Positions 1-9,527 of a stretch of DNA of 42,117 nt are shown here, in pieces (positions within the stretch are counted from its first letter, which is position 1; each line of letters starts with the position of its first letter). The notes beneath the pieces were generated by a model. It ran no database searches, was not told the origin of the DNA, and worked only from the letters and a program-made list of their open reading frames with translations. The DNA comes from Minisyncoccota bacterium (GTDB taxonomy: Bacteria > Patescibacteriota > Minisyncoccia > Phycocordibacterales > UBA1006): the NCBI GenBank assembly GCA_022763365.1, contig JALEGN010000013.1:1-42117 (forward strand). Direction: 5' to 3'. Made by a program: the position numbers and the translations under genes.

Positions 1-685
1 AACCAAGGAAGACTCTGAAGAGAATACAAATGAAGAAGTTATTGAAGAAGAAAATCCTGTTGTTGAATCAGATACTGAGGTTGAAGTAACTGAAGAGACT
101 AAAGATGAGGAAATTCAAACACTTGCAGATATCCTCCTTGAATCACTTGAAATTGAGGTAGAGGAAATCAAAGCCTTTGAAGCCCTGATGCAAAAAGAAA
201 TTACGCAAGGCGAGGAAGATGAATCTGATGAAATTATTGTAGAGGAAAAAGCTACTGAAGAAGAGTTAGTACAAGAAAATCTTGATGTACCAACTTTAGA
301 AGTAGAAAAAGATGGAAAAGAAACAATTCTTGAATCTGAAAGTATTGATAATGACATTAAATCATTACAAGATATTCTTGACCTGAAACAAGAAATTATT
401 CTCCTGCGAGGTGAAGCTATGAATGTTGATACACCACCAAATGTTGATATGGTTACCACTCAAGACGAAGAAATTACTTTTAATGAAGAGACTCTTTTAG
501 AAGAAGTTGAGCTCCTTATTGAAGAGAAAAAATACAAAAAAGCTTTTGTAAAACTACAAACTCTCTTGGAACACATTCGAGAAGAACTCATCCTTGAAAA
601 AGCTGAAACAGAATTAGGAATCTCAAAAGAAACAGAAGTACTTGATACGGAAATTCTTGGCAGCTCTGTTACAGAGATATTATAA
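1..685 (+). CDS. 5'-truncated, highly acidic hypothetical protein (C-terminal part)
   Basis: Frame is open from base 2 (TKEDSEENTNEEVIEEE...) through the tracked ORF 188..685. Very Glu/Asp-rich, with a terminator right after the stop. Confidence 0.75.
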   Translation, partial: TKEDSEENTNEEVIEEENPVVESDTEVEVTEETKDEEIQTLADILLESLEIEVEEIKAFEALMQKEITQGEEDESDEIIVEEKATEEELVQENLDVPTLEVEKDGKETILESESIDNDIKSLQDILDLKQEIILLRGEAMNVDTPPNVDMVTTQDEEITFNEETLLEEVELLIEEKKYKKAFVKLQTLLEHIREELILEKAETELGISKETEVLDTEILGSSVTEIL

Positions 686-711
686 AAAACACCAATATCC
701 TTGGTGTTTTT
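684..711. terminator. Bidirectional intrinsic terminator
   Basis: AAAAAACACCAA-TATCC-TTGGTGTTTTT between convergent genes. Confidence 0.85.
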
Positions 712-719
712 ATATATAA

Positions 720-2207
720 TTATTCTATTAACTCTATCTCACCTAATACCGTTTGGTTTTCTTCATATTCACCATAAGAATCTTGCTTTCTTTTTAAGGT
801 CCGCAATATAATCAGTATTCCTGAAACAAAAGCACTCCCTGCTAAAAACAATAAGAGAGTTTTATCTTGCTTTGGTAATGATTGAGTGTCTTCTGATATA
901 TCGCTGAAGCTAACTAACTCTTTGTCAGGGTGTTCACGTAAATAACTCTCTAGATGATTTGTTTCTTCTGTTGCTGCAATTTGTTCAGAATCTTTTGACT
1001 TGGAATTAGTATTTATAGAAAGAACTACCCCTCTTGCAGCGTTCATTTTTTGAGTATTTTGAGTAAATGACGATATCGTATAATTCTCTTCATTCCGAAG
1101 TACCACCCAGTCATTATAATTAAAAGAAAGTTTATGAGTTTCTCTTCCTAGGGTTAATGAATCACCAGCTTGAATATAACTATAACGCGGAAAGGTATAT
1201 TCACTACTATTCACCTTAAGATCCCAATCCTTTAGATCAAATTTCTGAGAACTTGTATTTTCAAGAGTAATAGCTCCATCGTTTTCAATACTGTTAATAC
1301 TAATAAAGTCATGGGATTCCACAACAATAGTTTCTTCAGCATAAAGGAAAGGTTCATTATTATTTTCTTTAGATAAATAATTTTTATAATACTCAAAAAC
1401 AACCGTATAGGTTCCGGGGTAGTTATATATATGTTCAGTATCAATACGTTCTTTTGAATCAAGCGTTGTTCCATCACCAAAATTAATATAATAAATACCA
1501 CCCTTACGCCTCATATTTTTTGAACCCTTAGTATGTGTTGTATACGCTTCTATTTGAACGGGCGATCCTGCAATAGACTTTTCAGGAAGTATAATATAGG
1601 CAGTATAGTAATCCTCCTCTTTGCTTGCTGATTTTTTACTTTTTGAACCGCTAGCACTAGAAGATGAAGTAGCGTTTGATGTTGATTCTGTTGAATCATC
1701 ATTTGATGCAGATGAACCACTTTGGCTTCCACTCCCAGGTGAAGGTGTGTATTCTTCCCAACCCGAAGACGTATAATGCAGCGAATTTCCATTTCCTGCG
1801 GCACCAAAAACAGCATCATAGGAAATACTGTGAATAATGTTTTTGTCGCTATCCGAAATAGCCAGTTCTTCTCCAGTATTATTTAATGAAAATGAGCTCT
1901 TAATCAAATTCGAAACATTTGAATACTCACTTTGGAAAATAGTAATGTCTTGTGTGATAACACCATATTCTCCTGGACCTAAATTCGTAAAGTCCTCAGG
2001 ATATAAACCATGATGCACATCATTTTCATAAAAATGATAATCAGCTATTTGGACATTGCTCGTTCCAGTATTACGTATCTCAATCCATTCAAATCCACTG
2101 TCCGATCCCTCAGCATCGTACATAATTTCAGTAATTTCCACATCGGCAAAACTACTCAACGGCATGAGTATACATACAAATATAAAAATACAGAAAATAC
2201 GAAACAT
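720..2207 (-). CDS. Secreted, membrane-anchored lamin-tail-domain protein with PKD-like domain
   Basis: Signal peptide, then LTD motif (VEITEIMYD...EWIEIRN...FSLNNTGEEL...TPSPG), Ser-rich linker, PKD-like NFGDG...HIYNYPGTYTV, a second LTD-like region (ITLEN...DLKDW) and a C-terminal TM helix. Confidence 0.75.
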   Translation of the reverse strand: MFRIFCIFIFVCILMPLSSFADVEITEIMYDAEGSDSGFEWIEIRNTGTSNVQIADYHFYENDVHHGLYPEDFTNLGPGEYGVITQDITIFQSEYSNVSNLIKSSFSLNNTGEELAISDSDKNIIHSISYDAVFGAAGNGNSLHYTSSGWEEYTPSPGSGSQSGSSASNDDSTESTSNATSSSSASGSKSKKSASKEEDYYTAYIILPEKSIAGSPVQIEAYTTHTKGSKNMRRKGGIYYINFGDGTTLDSKERIDTEHIYNYPGTYTVVFEYYKNYLSKENNNEPFLYAEETIVVESHDFISINSIENDGAITLENTSSQKFDLKDWDLKVNSSEYTFPRYSYIQAGDSLTLGRETHKLSFNYNDWVVLRNEENYTISSFTQNTQKMNAARGVVLSINTNSKSKDSEQIAATEETNHLESYLREHPDKELVSFSDISEDTQSLPKQDKTLLLFLAGSAFVSGILIILRTLKRKQDSYGEYEENQTVLGEIELIE

Positions 2208-2209
2208 AC

Positions 2210-4231
2210 TTAAGCTAAAATATTACGAAGGACATCTTCAGGGATTTCCTTTTGTTTTTTTTGTGATTGGTTTAGTTCAACGTCTGAGGTTTCTTTTGAA
2301 CTCTCTTGAGTTCTGTCATTAGATACTTTTAGTTTTTTAGTTTGTTTACTCTTTTCACTAGAATCTTTTTTTACCTGAGTATTTTGAGTTTCTTTTTTAC
2401 CTCCTTGTATGACTTTTTCTTTCTGGTCTTTTTGCGTTGTTTTTTTTGAAGAATTTCCAAGAGCTTTATTAAGAGCGTCTTGGAGGGAATTAGCGGTTGC
2501 CTTCTTTGCGCCACGCGTACTTGTTTCGTCTTTTTTTACCGCAGTTTTTTGTTGAACCTTTAAAACTTTTTCACTAATATTTTTTGGAATACTTGTTTTA
2601 GTTTTCTGCGCATCACTGGCATCAGCCTTTTCAGAGCGTTTATCCTGATCTTTGATTTTTTTGACGACTCCTGATGCAGAAGACTGGGCATCCTCTTTCA
2701 CCTTAGACTTTGGATTCGCATCTATTTTAGCGAGTAAATCGTTAAGTTTAGGTGATACCACCTGTTTCATTTCAACCTCAGCATCTTTTTCATCGCATTC
2801 TTTGAGAACTTTTTTCAAAGGATTATTGGCTTCGTCACGAGCTACCTTGAAAACCTTTGTTGGTTTTTTATCTTCTTTTCCTTTTTGCCCTGAAGAGCTT
2901 CCAGTGAGTTTACCATCTTTGTTAAAGCTTCTTTTCTCTGGTTTTTTGATTGGTTCAAACCAGGTTTTGATTTCAGCCTCGACGGTTTCTCGCGGCTGGG
3001 CATAGGTAGCTCGTGAGGCTCTAATCATTTCGTTACGCATTGATACCGGTTGTACTGGCAGTGGCGCTAGGGTACGTGCTGAAAATGGCCTCGAACCAAT
3101 TCCATCAATCATTAATGACAAGTAAATTTGGAACCTTCCAAGATTTACAATATCTTCTGCCGTAAAGGTTGGTGCAAATTGTTTTTCAAATACTTCTGCA
3201 TCGGTTGCACCAATACGGAAAGTAATCATGGTTCCCACGTTACCAAAAATAGCCGAAGCAACCTGTTCTTCCATTTGCTCAACATATTGGTGTGCTACCG
3301 TTAAGTTCAGCTTGTATTTACGTGCCTCAGATAAAATATCGGCAAAGGATTCGTTGGCAAAATTTTGAAACTCATCAACAAAGAAAAAGAAATCAGGGAG
3401 CTTTTGTAAATTACCTGCCCCAACATCAGCCCGGCTCATCGCCGCAAGGTAGAGTTTCGTAATTAACATTCCTCCAAGAAGATTTCCATTAGATTCCCCA
3501 ATGAGTCCTTTTGATAGATTTACCAAGAGGATTTTTTTATCATCCATAATTTCCCGGAAATCCATGCTTGAACGTGTTTGCCCAACAATATTTCGAATCA
3601 GTGGGTTTGAGGTAAATTGACCAATTTTGTTTTGAATCGCAGCTCCTGCCTCTCGTGCATAACGTGGATCCCATTTATTATACTCATCAATCCAAAAAGC
3701 CTTCACCGACGAATCGGTAATGTGCTTAATCACATCATCACGAAAGTCTTTTTCAGCAAGCATTCGATTAACCCCAAGCAGTGTAGCTCCAGGATATTCT
3801 AAAAGAGCTAATAAGGTATTAGCCAAAATATACTCCATTCGAGCCGAGAATGAATCAGGCCAGATTTTTTTAAATGATGCCATCAATCCTGCAACGACCA
3901 GATGACGCCGGTCACGATCAACTGCTTCAAGAACATTAAATGACATCGGGTAATCGGTATCAAAAGGTGCGAAATATACTACATCATTCACTCGCTCTGG
4001 TGGTATATAGTCAATCAAAACATCAATAGCCGAACCATGTGGATCAAGGAAACACATTCCCTCCCCATTCATGATGTCCTGAGCTGCCATGTTTTCTAAA
4101 ATGGTTGATTTCCCCATTCCAGTTTTTCCGATGATATACACGTGGCGTGAGCGATCTTTGTTTTTGATTCCAAAACGTGTTTTTCTATTGCGAAAATCTG
4201 TTTCTGCAAAATAGGTAATCTTTTCTGACAT
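2210..4231 (-). CDS. VirD4/TraD/TrwB-like (type IV coupling protein family) ATPase with Lys-rich low-complexity C-tail
   Basis: HVYIIGKTGMGKS Walker A, DPHG, FFFVDEFQNF Walker B, LSEARKY, AHQY, GNVGTMITFR. The last ~240 aa are Lys/Ser/Gln-rich. Confidence 0.85.
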   Translation of the reverse strand: MSEKITYFAETDFRNRKTRFGIKNKDRSRHVYIIGKTGMGKSTILENMAAQDIMNGEGMCFLDPHGSAIDVLIDYIPPERVNDVVYFAPFDTDYPMSFNVLEAVDRDRRHLVVAGLMASFKKIWPDSFSARMEYILANTLLALLEYPGATLLGVNRMLAEKDFRDDVIKHITDSSVKAFWIDEYNKWDPRYAREAGAAIQNKIGQFTSNPLIRNIVGQTRSSMDFREIMDDKKILLVNLSKGLIGESNGNLLGGMLITKLYLAAMSRADVGAGNLQKLPDFFFFVDEFQNFANESFADILSEARKYKLNLTVAHQYVEQMEEQVASAIFGNVGTMITFRIGATDAEVFEKQFAPTFTAEDIVNLGRFQIYLSLMIDGIGSRPFSARTLAPLPVQPVSMRNEMIRASRATYAQPRETVEAEIKTWFEPIKKPEKRSFNKDGKLTGSSSGQKGKEDKKPTKVFKVARDEANNPLKKVLKECDEKDAEVEMKQVVSPKLNDLLAKIDANPKSKVKEDAQSSASGVVKKIKDQDKRSEKADASDAQKTKTSIPKNISEKVLKVQQKTAVKKDETSTRGAKKATANSLQDALNKALGNSSKKTTQKDQKEKVIQGGKKETQNTQVKKDSSEKSKQTKKLKVSNDRTQESSKETSDVELNQSQKKQKEIPEDVLRNILA

Positions 4232-4331
4232 AGTACTAGTATATCAAAAAAAATGATTTCCCCACTTGATTCACAGACAGTTCACAGCATTTTTTTGACC
4301 AGTATTTAATGAGCCTATACAATGGCAGATA

Positions 4332-5705
4332 ATGAACGAGCAAAATACCCGAAAAAATCACGTACGAATCCCTCCACAAAATATTGATGCTGAAAAGGCA
4401 CTTTTAGGATCAATTATGTTGCGGCCTGTAGCCCTCAATGATGTTCTTGATACCGTTTTTGAAGATGATTTTTATGTTCAAAAACATAAGGTCATTTTCC
4501 GGATCATGGCAGACCTTGCCCGTGTTGGTGATCCTATTGACCTGGTGTCAGTATCAGAGAAGATGCAAAGTCTTAATCTGGTTGAGCAATCAGGTGGACT
4601 CTCCTACCTTTCTGAGATTGCTAATACCGTTCCTTCATCAACGAATGTTGAATATTATGCAAAAACCGTTGCTAATAAATCAACGCTCCGTAAATTAATT
4701 GATGCTGGAGACTTCATTTCTGAAATTGGATTCAATGAAGGCGAAGAAATGGATACCATTTTGGATACTGCCGAGAAAAAAGTCTTTGAAGTAACCTCAA
4801 ATCCCAACTCAGCGAAAAAATTCACGAGTATTAAAGACATCATTCCAAAGTCATGGGAAAAACTTGAAATGCTGTCACAAAGTGATGGCTCATTACGTGG
4901 TGTCCCTACAGGGTTTAACGGACTTGATAATATTCTCTCTGGTTTTCAAAATGCTGACCTGATTATCCTTGCGGCTCGGCCTTCTACCGGGAAGACTGCA
5001 TTTGCTCTTGATATTGTTCGAAAAGCAGCAGTGAACCACAACATTCCTGTTGGATTCTTCTCCCTTGAGATGAGTTCTGATCAATTAACTGATCGTATGC
5101 TCTCGGCTGAATCACAAGTTGATTCTTGGCGCATGCGAACGGGTAAAGGTCTCACTGATGATGATTTTGCACGTATTTCTATTGCCATGGAGACCTTATC
5201 AAAATCACCTATTTATATTGATGACAAACCAGGAAATAGTATTAATCAAATGCGTTCGACAGCACGACGATTAAAGGCAGAACATGGGCTTGGACTCATT
5301 GTCGTGGACTACATGCAACTTATGACCACTTCAAAAAACTATGATTCCATGGTGAATCAGGTAACAGAGATTTCCCGATCACTGAAATCACTGGCTCGAG
5401 AACTCGAGGTACCGGTTATCGCCCTCTCGCAGCTCTCGCGTGCTGTTGAGCAGCGTGGTGGTAAACCACGTCTCTCTGATCTCCGTGATTCAGGTTCGAT
5501 CGAGCAGGATGCGGATGTCGTGATGTTCCTTCACCGAGAACGTGCCGAAGACGGAGCCGGACGGTCAGAAACAACTGATGTCCTAATCGAAAAACATCGT
5601 AATGGTGCAGTTGGCTATTGCCAATTATATTTCGATACGGCGCGAACTACTTTCCTTGATATTGATAAAACTCATGAGGCTGATAGTTTAGATGGAGAGT
5701 TTTAA
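4332..5705 (+). CDS. dnaB: Replicative DNA helicase
   Basis: PPQNIDAEKALLG N-terminus, AARPSTGKT Walker A, VVDYMQL, LSQLSRAVEQR, SDLRDSGSIEQDAD, KHRNG. Confidence 0.97.
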   Translation: MNEQNTRKNHVRIPPQNIDAEKALLGSIMLRPVALNDVLDTVFEDDFYVQKHKVIFRIMADLARVGDPIDLVSVSEKMQSLNLVEQSGGLSYLSEIANTVPSSTNVEYYAKTVANKSTLRKLIDAGDFISEIGFNEGEEMDTILDTAEKKVFEVTSNPNSAKKFTSIKDIIPKSWEKLEMLSQSDGSLRGVPTGFNGLDNILSGFQNADLIILAARPSTGKTAFALDIVRKAAVNHNIPVGFFSLEMSSDQLTDRMLSAESQVDSWRMRTGKGLTDDDFARISIAMETLSKSPIYIDDKPGNSINQMRSTARRLKAEHGLGLIVVDYMQLMTTSKNYDSMVNQVTEISRSLKSLARELEVPVIALSQLSRAVEQRGGKPRLSDLRDSGSIEQDADVVMFLHRERAEDGAGRSETTDVLIEKHRNGAVGYCQLYFDTARTTFLDIDKTHEADSLDGEF

Positions 5706-5747
5706 TGAATAAAGGAGCGATAGCGACTATTATGAATTAAACCTCCA
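5693..5747 (+). repeat. Long imperfect hairpin with two tandem GA/GA mismatches and a GC-GATA-GC apex
   Basis: TGGAGAGTTTTAAT-GA-ATAAAG-GA-GC-GATA-GC-GA-CTATTAT-GA-ATTAAACCTCCA folds back on itself. Confidence 0.65.
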
Positions 5748-5764
5748 GCTCGACTGGAAGTCTC

Positions 5765-5791
5765 AAAAACCAAGATTTATTCTTGGTTTTT
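5765..5791 (+). terminator. Intrinsic terminator after dnaB
   Basis: AAAAACCAAGA-TTTAT-TCTTGGTTTTT. Confidence 0.8.
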
Positions 5792-5795
5792 ATTA

Positions 5796-5823
5796 TTGAC
5801 ATTAGTAATAATTATGATATTAT
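5796..5823 (+). promoter_or_regulatory. Sigma70-type promoter of orphan gene
   Basis: TTGACA (5796-5801), 16 nt, then TATTAT (5818-5823) with an extended -10 TG. Confidence 0.6.
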
Positions 5824-5851
5824 TTTTAATAAACTTTTAAACTATTTAAAA

Positions 5852-6286
5852 ATGAAAAATTTTTTTTATTTTCTAGTCTTTGGCGGTATGGCTTTTCTAA
5901 CGATTGTGTTTATTTATGGACAAAATCAAAAGAATAAAATTACTTTTTCCTATCAACTTTTTGATGATATTTCGTTAAAAAAAATGAAAGGATATTCTTA
6001 TACTCAAGATACATTAATTGTAGATGGAAATCGTTATATTATTCCAGAGTTATCAAAACCTCAACCTCGAAGAGGCACCCCTCAGACGACCTTAGATGTT
6101 TATATTTTGTTAGATGGTGAAAGAATTTTACTAAATGAAAATCAGAATAATAAATTAGCATTAATACTTCGCGAAAAAATGGATAACTCATATAAGATAA
6201 AAAAGAATCTAGAGTATATTCAAAAAGAAAAAGAAAAAATAAGAAAACAAAAACAACAAAAAAGAATCAATGAAATTCTTGATTAA
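5852..6286 (+). CDS. Hypothetical protein with N-terminal membrane anchor/signal peptide
   Basis: Start reassigned to ATG 5852 (MKNFFYFLVFGGMAFLTIVFIYG), downstream of the promoter. AT-rich with a basic C-terminus. Confidence 0.65.
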   Translation: MKNFFYFLVFGGMAFLTIVFIYGQNQKNKITFSYQLFDDISLKKMKGYSYTQDTLIVDGNRYIIPELSKPQPRRGTPQTTLDVYILLDGERILLNENQNNKLALILREKMDNSYKIKKNLEYIQKEKEKIRKQKQQKRINEILD

Positions 6287-6289
6287 GAT

Positions 6290-6317
6290 AATCCCAAGAG
6301 CAATCTTGGGATTTTTT
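6290..6317 (+). terminator. Intrinsic terminator
   Basis: AATCCCAAGA-GCAA-TCTTGGGATT followed by a T-tract. Confidence 0.85.
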
Positions 6318-6331
6318 GTTACAATATGGAA

Positions 6332-6943
6332 ATGAATAATCGTATTGATAAACTCGCTTATCTCTTTGAATCTTTTCCTGGTATTGGTAAACGTCAGGCA
6401 CGGCGTTTCGTTTATTTCCTCCTCCACAAAGATCCTGGGTATATTCACGAGCTCACTTCAAGTATTCAAAATGTTAAAGCTGAAATTGACCAATGTCATG
6501 AATGTTATCGTTTCTTTCCAAAAACTGGAATGAATATTTGTCCTATTTGTATTGAAGCAAAAGATTCGAAACAATTAATGATTGTCGAAAAAGATGCTGA
6601 TTTTGAAAACCTTCATAAAACAAAAATTTACGAAGGAAAATATTTTATCTTAGGTGGACATATTAATGCAAATGAGAAAAAACGTTCCTTTGCACGTGTT
6701 GATCAACTCATTAATCGTATTAAACGTGATACTGATAATGGGGTGATTGAGGAATTAATATTTGCCCTTTCCATTAGTCCCGAGGCTGAACATACGAGAA
6801 TCCGCCTCTATACGATGCTAAAAGATACATTTCCCAACCTCACCTTCTCTACCTTAGGTCGTGGTCTCTCTACAGGAACAGAGTTAGAATATTCCGACAC
6901 CGAAACCCTCAAACACGCATTTAATTCAAGGATTACACAATAA
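6332..6943 (+). CDS. recR: Recombination mediator RecR
   Basis: HhH FPGIGKRQARRF, C4 finger CHEC...CPIC, TOPRIM IVEK..D, LGRGLSTGTELEYSD. Start 6332 preferred because TACAAT (6320-6325) directly abuts ATG 6326. Confidence 0.93.
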   Translation: MNNRIDKLAYLFESFPGIGKRQARRFVYFLLHKDPGYIHELTSSIQNVKAEIDQCHECYRFFPKTGMNICPICIEAKDSKQLMIVEKDADFENLHKTKIYEGKYFILGGHINANEKKRSFARVDQLINRIKRDTDNGVIEELIFALSISPEAEHTRIRLYTMLKDTFPNLTFSTLGRGLSTGTELEYSDTETLKHAFNSRITQ

Positions 6944-6944
6944 T

Positions 6945-6969
6945 AAAAAACACCATATTGGTGTTTTTT
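6945..6969. terminator. Bidirectional intrinsic terminator
   Basis: AAAAAACACCA-TAT-TGGTGTTTTTT between convergent recR and rplU. Confidence 0.85.
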
Positions 6970-6970
6970 A

Positions 6971-7288
6971 TTAAAGAGAAGAAATCTTTACCTTCATAAA
7001 AGGTTGTCGATGTCCTTTCTTTTTAAAGTATCGTGACTTTGCTTTGTAACGAATAACGGTTACTTTTTTAGAACGTCCTTCTTCGAGAAGTTCTGCAGTA
7101 ACTTTTGCTCCATCCAAGTAAGGGGTACCGATTTGTGCTGATTTCCCGTCATCGGTCATCAGTACAGCATCGAAAACAATTTTATCTCCTTGGCTGAAGT
7201 CTCCTTGAAGTTTTTCAATCGTGATGATATCACCTTCTGAAACGCGGTATTGTTTCCCACCGGTTTCAATAATTGCAAATTTACTCAT
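6971..7288 (-). CDS. rplU: 50S ribosomal protein L21
   Basis: FAIIETGGKQYRV...GTPYLDGAKV...KKKGHRQ. Start at MSKF (7288). Confidence 0.96.
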   Translation of the reverse strand: MSKFAIIETGGKQYRVSEGDIITIEKLQGDFSQGDKIVFDAVLMTDDGKSAQIGTPYLDGAKVTAELLEEGRSKKVTVIRYKAKSRYFKKKGHRQPFMKVKISSL

Positions 7289-7375
7289 AATACGCACCAT
7301 TATACATAGAAATGATGTGACTGCAAGCTCTAATTTCCTTATTTTACAAGGCTTTTTCTGTGATACAATGACCTT

Positions 7376-8761
7376 ATGAAACTTTATAATTCACTGTCAA
7401 AAGAAAAAGAAGTATTTGTACCACACCTGGCTGGTAAAGTCGGTATGTACCACTGTGGACCTACGGTGTACGATCATGTACATATCGGAAATCTTCGATC
7501 TTTTTTGATGGGAGATTTTATCAGACGGGTTTTTGAAATTAATGGTTACCATGTAACCCAAGTTATGAATATTACCGATGTTGGTCACCTGGTATCAGAT
7601 GGTGACGACGGTGATGATAAAATGACCAAAGCTCTAAAACGTGAGGGTAAAGAAATTACGCTGGAAAATATGATTGCTATAGCTGATATCTATGCTGAGT
7701 CATTCAAAGATGATTTAAAGGCATTAAATATGCTGACCCCTCATTATTTTCCTAAAGCCTCAGACCATATCCAAGAGGACATTGATATTATTCAAAAACT
7801 CGAGGAAAAAGGATTTAGCTATACAACATCAGACGGTGTTTATTTCAATACTGAAAAAATGGCAGATTATGGAAAATTAGGTGGGCTTGATCTTGATAAG
7901 GAACATGAATCACGTATTGGCATCAATGCAGAAAAGAATAATCAAGCTGACTTTGCCTTATGGAAATTTGATGAATCTCAAGGTTGGGATTCCCCATGGG
8001 GGCAAGGTTTCCCGGGATGGCATATTGAATGTTCAGGAATGGCCGGTAAATACCTTGGTGAGCAATTTGATATTCATACCGGTGGTGCTGACCTCAGAAG
8101 TGTCCATCATAATAATGAGATTGCTCAATCAGAATGTGCGACTGGGTGCAGCCCTTACGTAAAATATTGGATGCATGGAGAAATGTTAAATTTTGGCGGT
8201 GCAAAATTATCAAAGTCAACAGGTGGAAATATTACCCTTAAATCACTTGCTGAACGCGATATAAATCCCCTTGCCTACCGTTACCTTGCGATGCAAACAC
8301 ATTATCGGTCACCAATGAATTTTACCTGGGAAATTCTCGAGTCAGCCCAAACTGGATTAAACCGCGTGTATAAAGAAATTTTAGAACTCCAAAGGAAATC
8401 AAATAACAATGTCGGACATGTAGATGAACATTTTAAAAGTGAATTTGAATCTAAAATTTATGATGATATTAATATTCCACAAGCCTTAGCTGTATTTCAC
8501 ACCATGATGAAATCAAATATCTCAGCTGATAACAAACTAGCTACCGCCTATTATTTTGATGAAGTTTTTGGTCTTGGCCTATCAGAATATACTGAAGAAA
8601 TTATTGATATTCCAGAAAATATCCAAGTGTTATTAAATCAACGCAAAAAAGCACGAGAAAATAAAAACTGGGAAGAATCAGACAAACTCCGTGATACTCT
8701 TGCCGAGATGGGATACAAGGTTCTTGATATTGATAGTGAACAAAAGATAGAGAAATTATAA
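7376..8761 (+). CDS. cysS: Cysteine--tRNA ligase
   Basis: MYHCGPTVYD, HIGN, NITDV, DFALWK, PGWHIECS, KLSKS, DKLRD anticodon domain. Confidence 0.97.
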   Translation: MKLYNSLSKEKEVFVPHLAGKVGMYHCGPTVYDHVHIGNLRSFLMGDFIRRVFEINGYHVTQVMNITDVGHLVSDGDDGDDKMTKALKREGKEITLENMIAIADIYAESFKDDLKALNMLTPHYFPKASDHIQEDIDIIQKLEEKGFSYTTSDGVYFNTEKMADYGKLGGLDLDKEHESRIGINAEKNNQADFALWKFDESQGWDSPWGQGFPGWHIECSGMAGKYLGEQFDIHTGGADLRSVHHNNEIAQSECATGCSPYVKYWMHGEMLNFGGAKLSKSTGGNITLKSLAERDINPLAYRYLAMQTHYRSPMNFTWEILESAQTGLNRVYKEILELQRKSNNNVGHVDEHFKSEFESKIYDDINIPQALAVFHTMMKSNISADNKLATAYYFDEVFGLGLSEYTEEIIDIPENIQVLLNQRKKARENKNWEESDKLRDTLAEMGYKVLDIDSEQKIEKL

Positions 8762-8784
8762 AAAGCCGAAAAATTCGGCTTTTT
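8760..8784. terminator. Bidirectional intrinsic terminator
   Basis: AAAAAGCCGAA-AAA-TTCGGCTTTTT spanning both stop codons. Confidence 0.85.
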
Positions 8785-9526
8785 ATAATTCAAAATCTTG
8801 AATAAGATTCTCTTCTAAGGTCGTAATCCCAAAATAACCTCGGTCAATAATATAGGTTTCAAGTTTTTTATCCAAACCAAAGATAATTGAAATTCCAACA
8901 ATAAGAAATAAGATACCTAATATTCGTTTAAACAATCCTTTAGGGTTCGCAGCTATATTCATAAATTTCATCACTCTTTTTCCAAGGAACGCAATTAATA
9001 GCATAACTACAGCTAATCCAATTGCATAAGCAAATAGATTTATTAAACCTATAGCATAACTTGCAGGTAATACCGTTCCTAAAATTAGAAAATATGTTGG
9101 TGAACATGATGCAAAGACAGGTCCCATCGCAGTACCTAATATGATAGCTGCTCCGGTTCCCTCTTTTTTAAACATTTTGTACATTAGTTTCTGCGAATCT
9201 TGTTCAAGCTTCCCATGAGAAATTCTGTTTGTAATTTCCGCCCAGGTGTCAGGAAATAACAAGGTAACAGCAAAAATTAAAATAATGATACCTGAAAAAT
9301 ATGACCAAAATGAATCAGGAATATTAATAAATGCCGTTGAAACTTTTAAAAGTAAGGTAAAGACAACAATTGAAATCGCAAGTGATGCGGTAATAATAAG
9401 AGGTCTTTTGATACTCGTATGATCATTATCTAGTGAACCTCCAATGATAATTGGTAGTAACGGAAGAATACACGGTGCCAAGACCGTGAGTACTCCCGCT
9501 AAAAATGAAATTGGAATTAATTCCAT
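8783..9526 (-). CDS. ccdA: CcdA/DsbD-family thiol-disulfide transmembrane electron transporter
   Basis: FLAGVLTVLAPCILPLLP and FASCSP Cys pair, about 6 TM helices. Confidence 0.85.
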   Translation of the reverse strand: MELIPISFLAGVLTVLAPCILPLLPIIIGGSLDNDHTSIKRPLIITASLAISIVVFTLLLKVSTAFINIPDSFWSYFSGIIILIFAVTLLFPDTWAEITNRISHGKLEQDSQKLMYKMFKKEGTGAAIILGTAMGPVFASCSPTYFLILGTVLPASYAIGLINLFAYAIGLAVVMLLIAFLGKRVMKFMNIAANPKGLFKRILGILFLIVGISIIFGLDKKLETYIIDRGYFGITTLEENLIQDFEL

Positions 9527-9527
9527 A

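Noticed and set aside
2210-4231. Integrative conjugative element
   Set aside because: No relaxase, VirB4, integrase or att sites, and the gene sits among housekeeping genes.
4257-4290. DnaA boxes or origin upstream of dnaB (TTCACAG twice; TGATTCACA)
   Set aside because: Only one 1-mismatch DnaA-box-like 9-mer, with no cluster or unwinding element.
5706-5760. tRNA or known ncRNA after dnaB
   Set aside because: No cloverleaf, T-loop (GTTCRA) or CCA end. Reported as a hairpin element instead.
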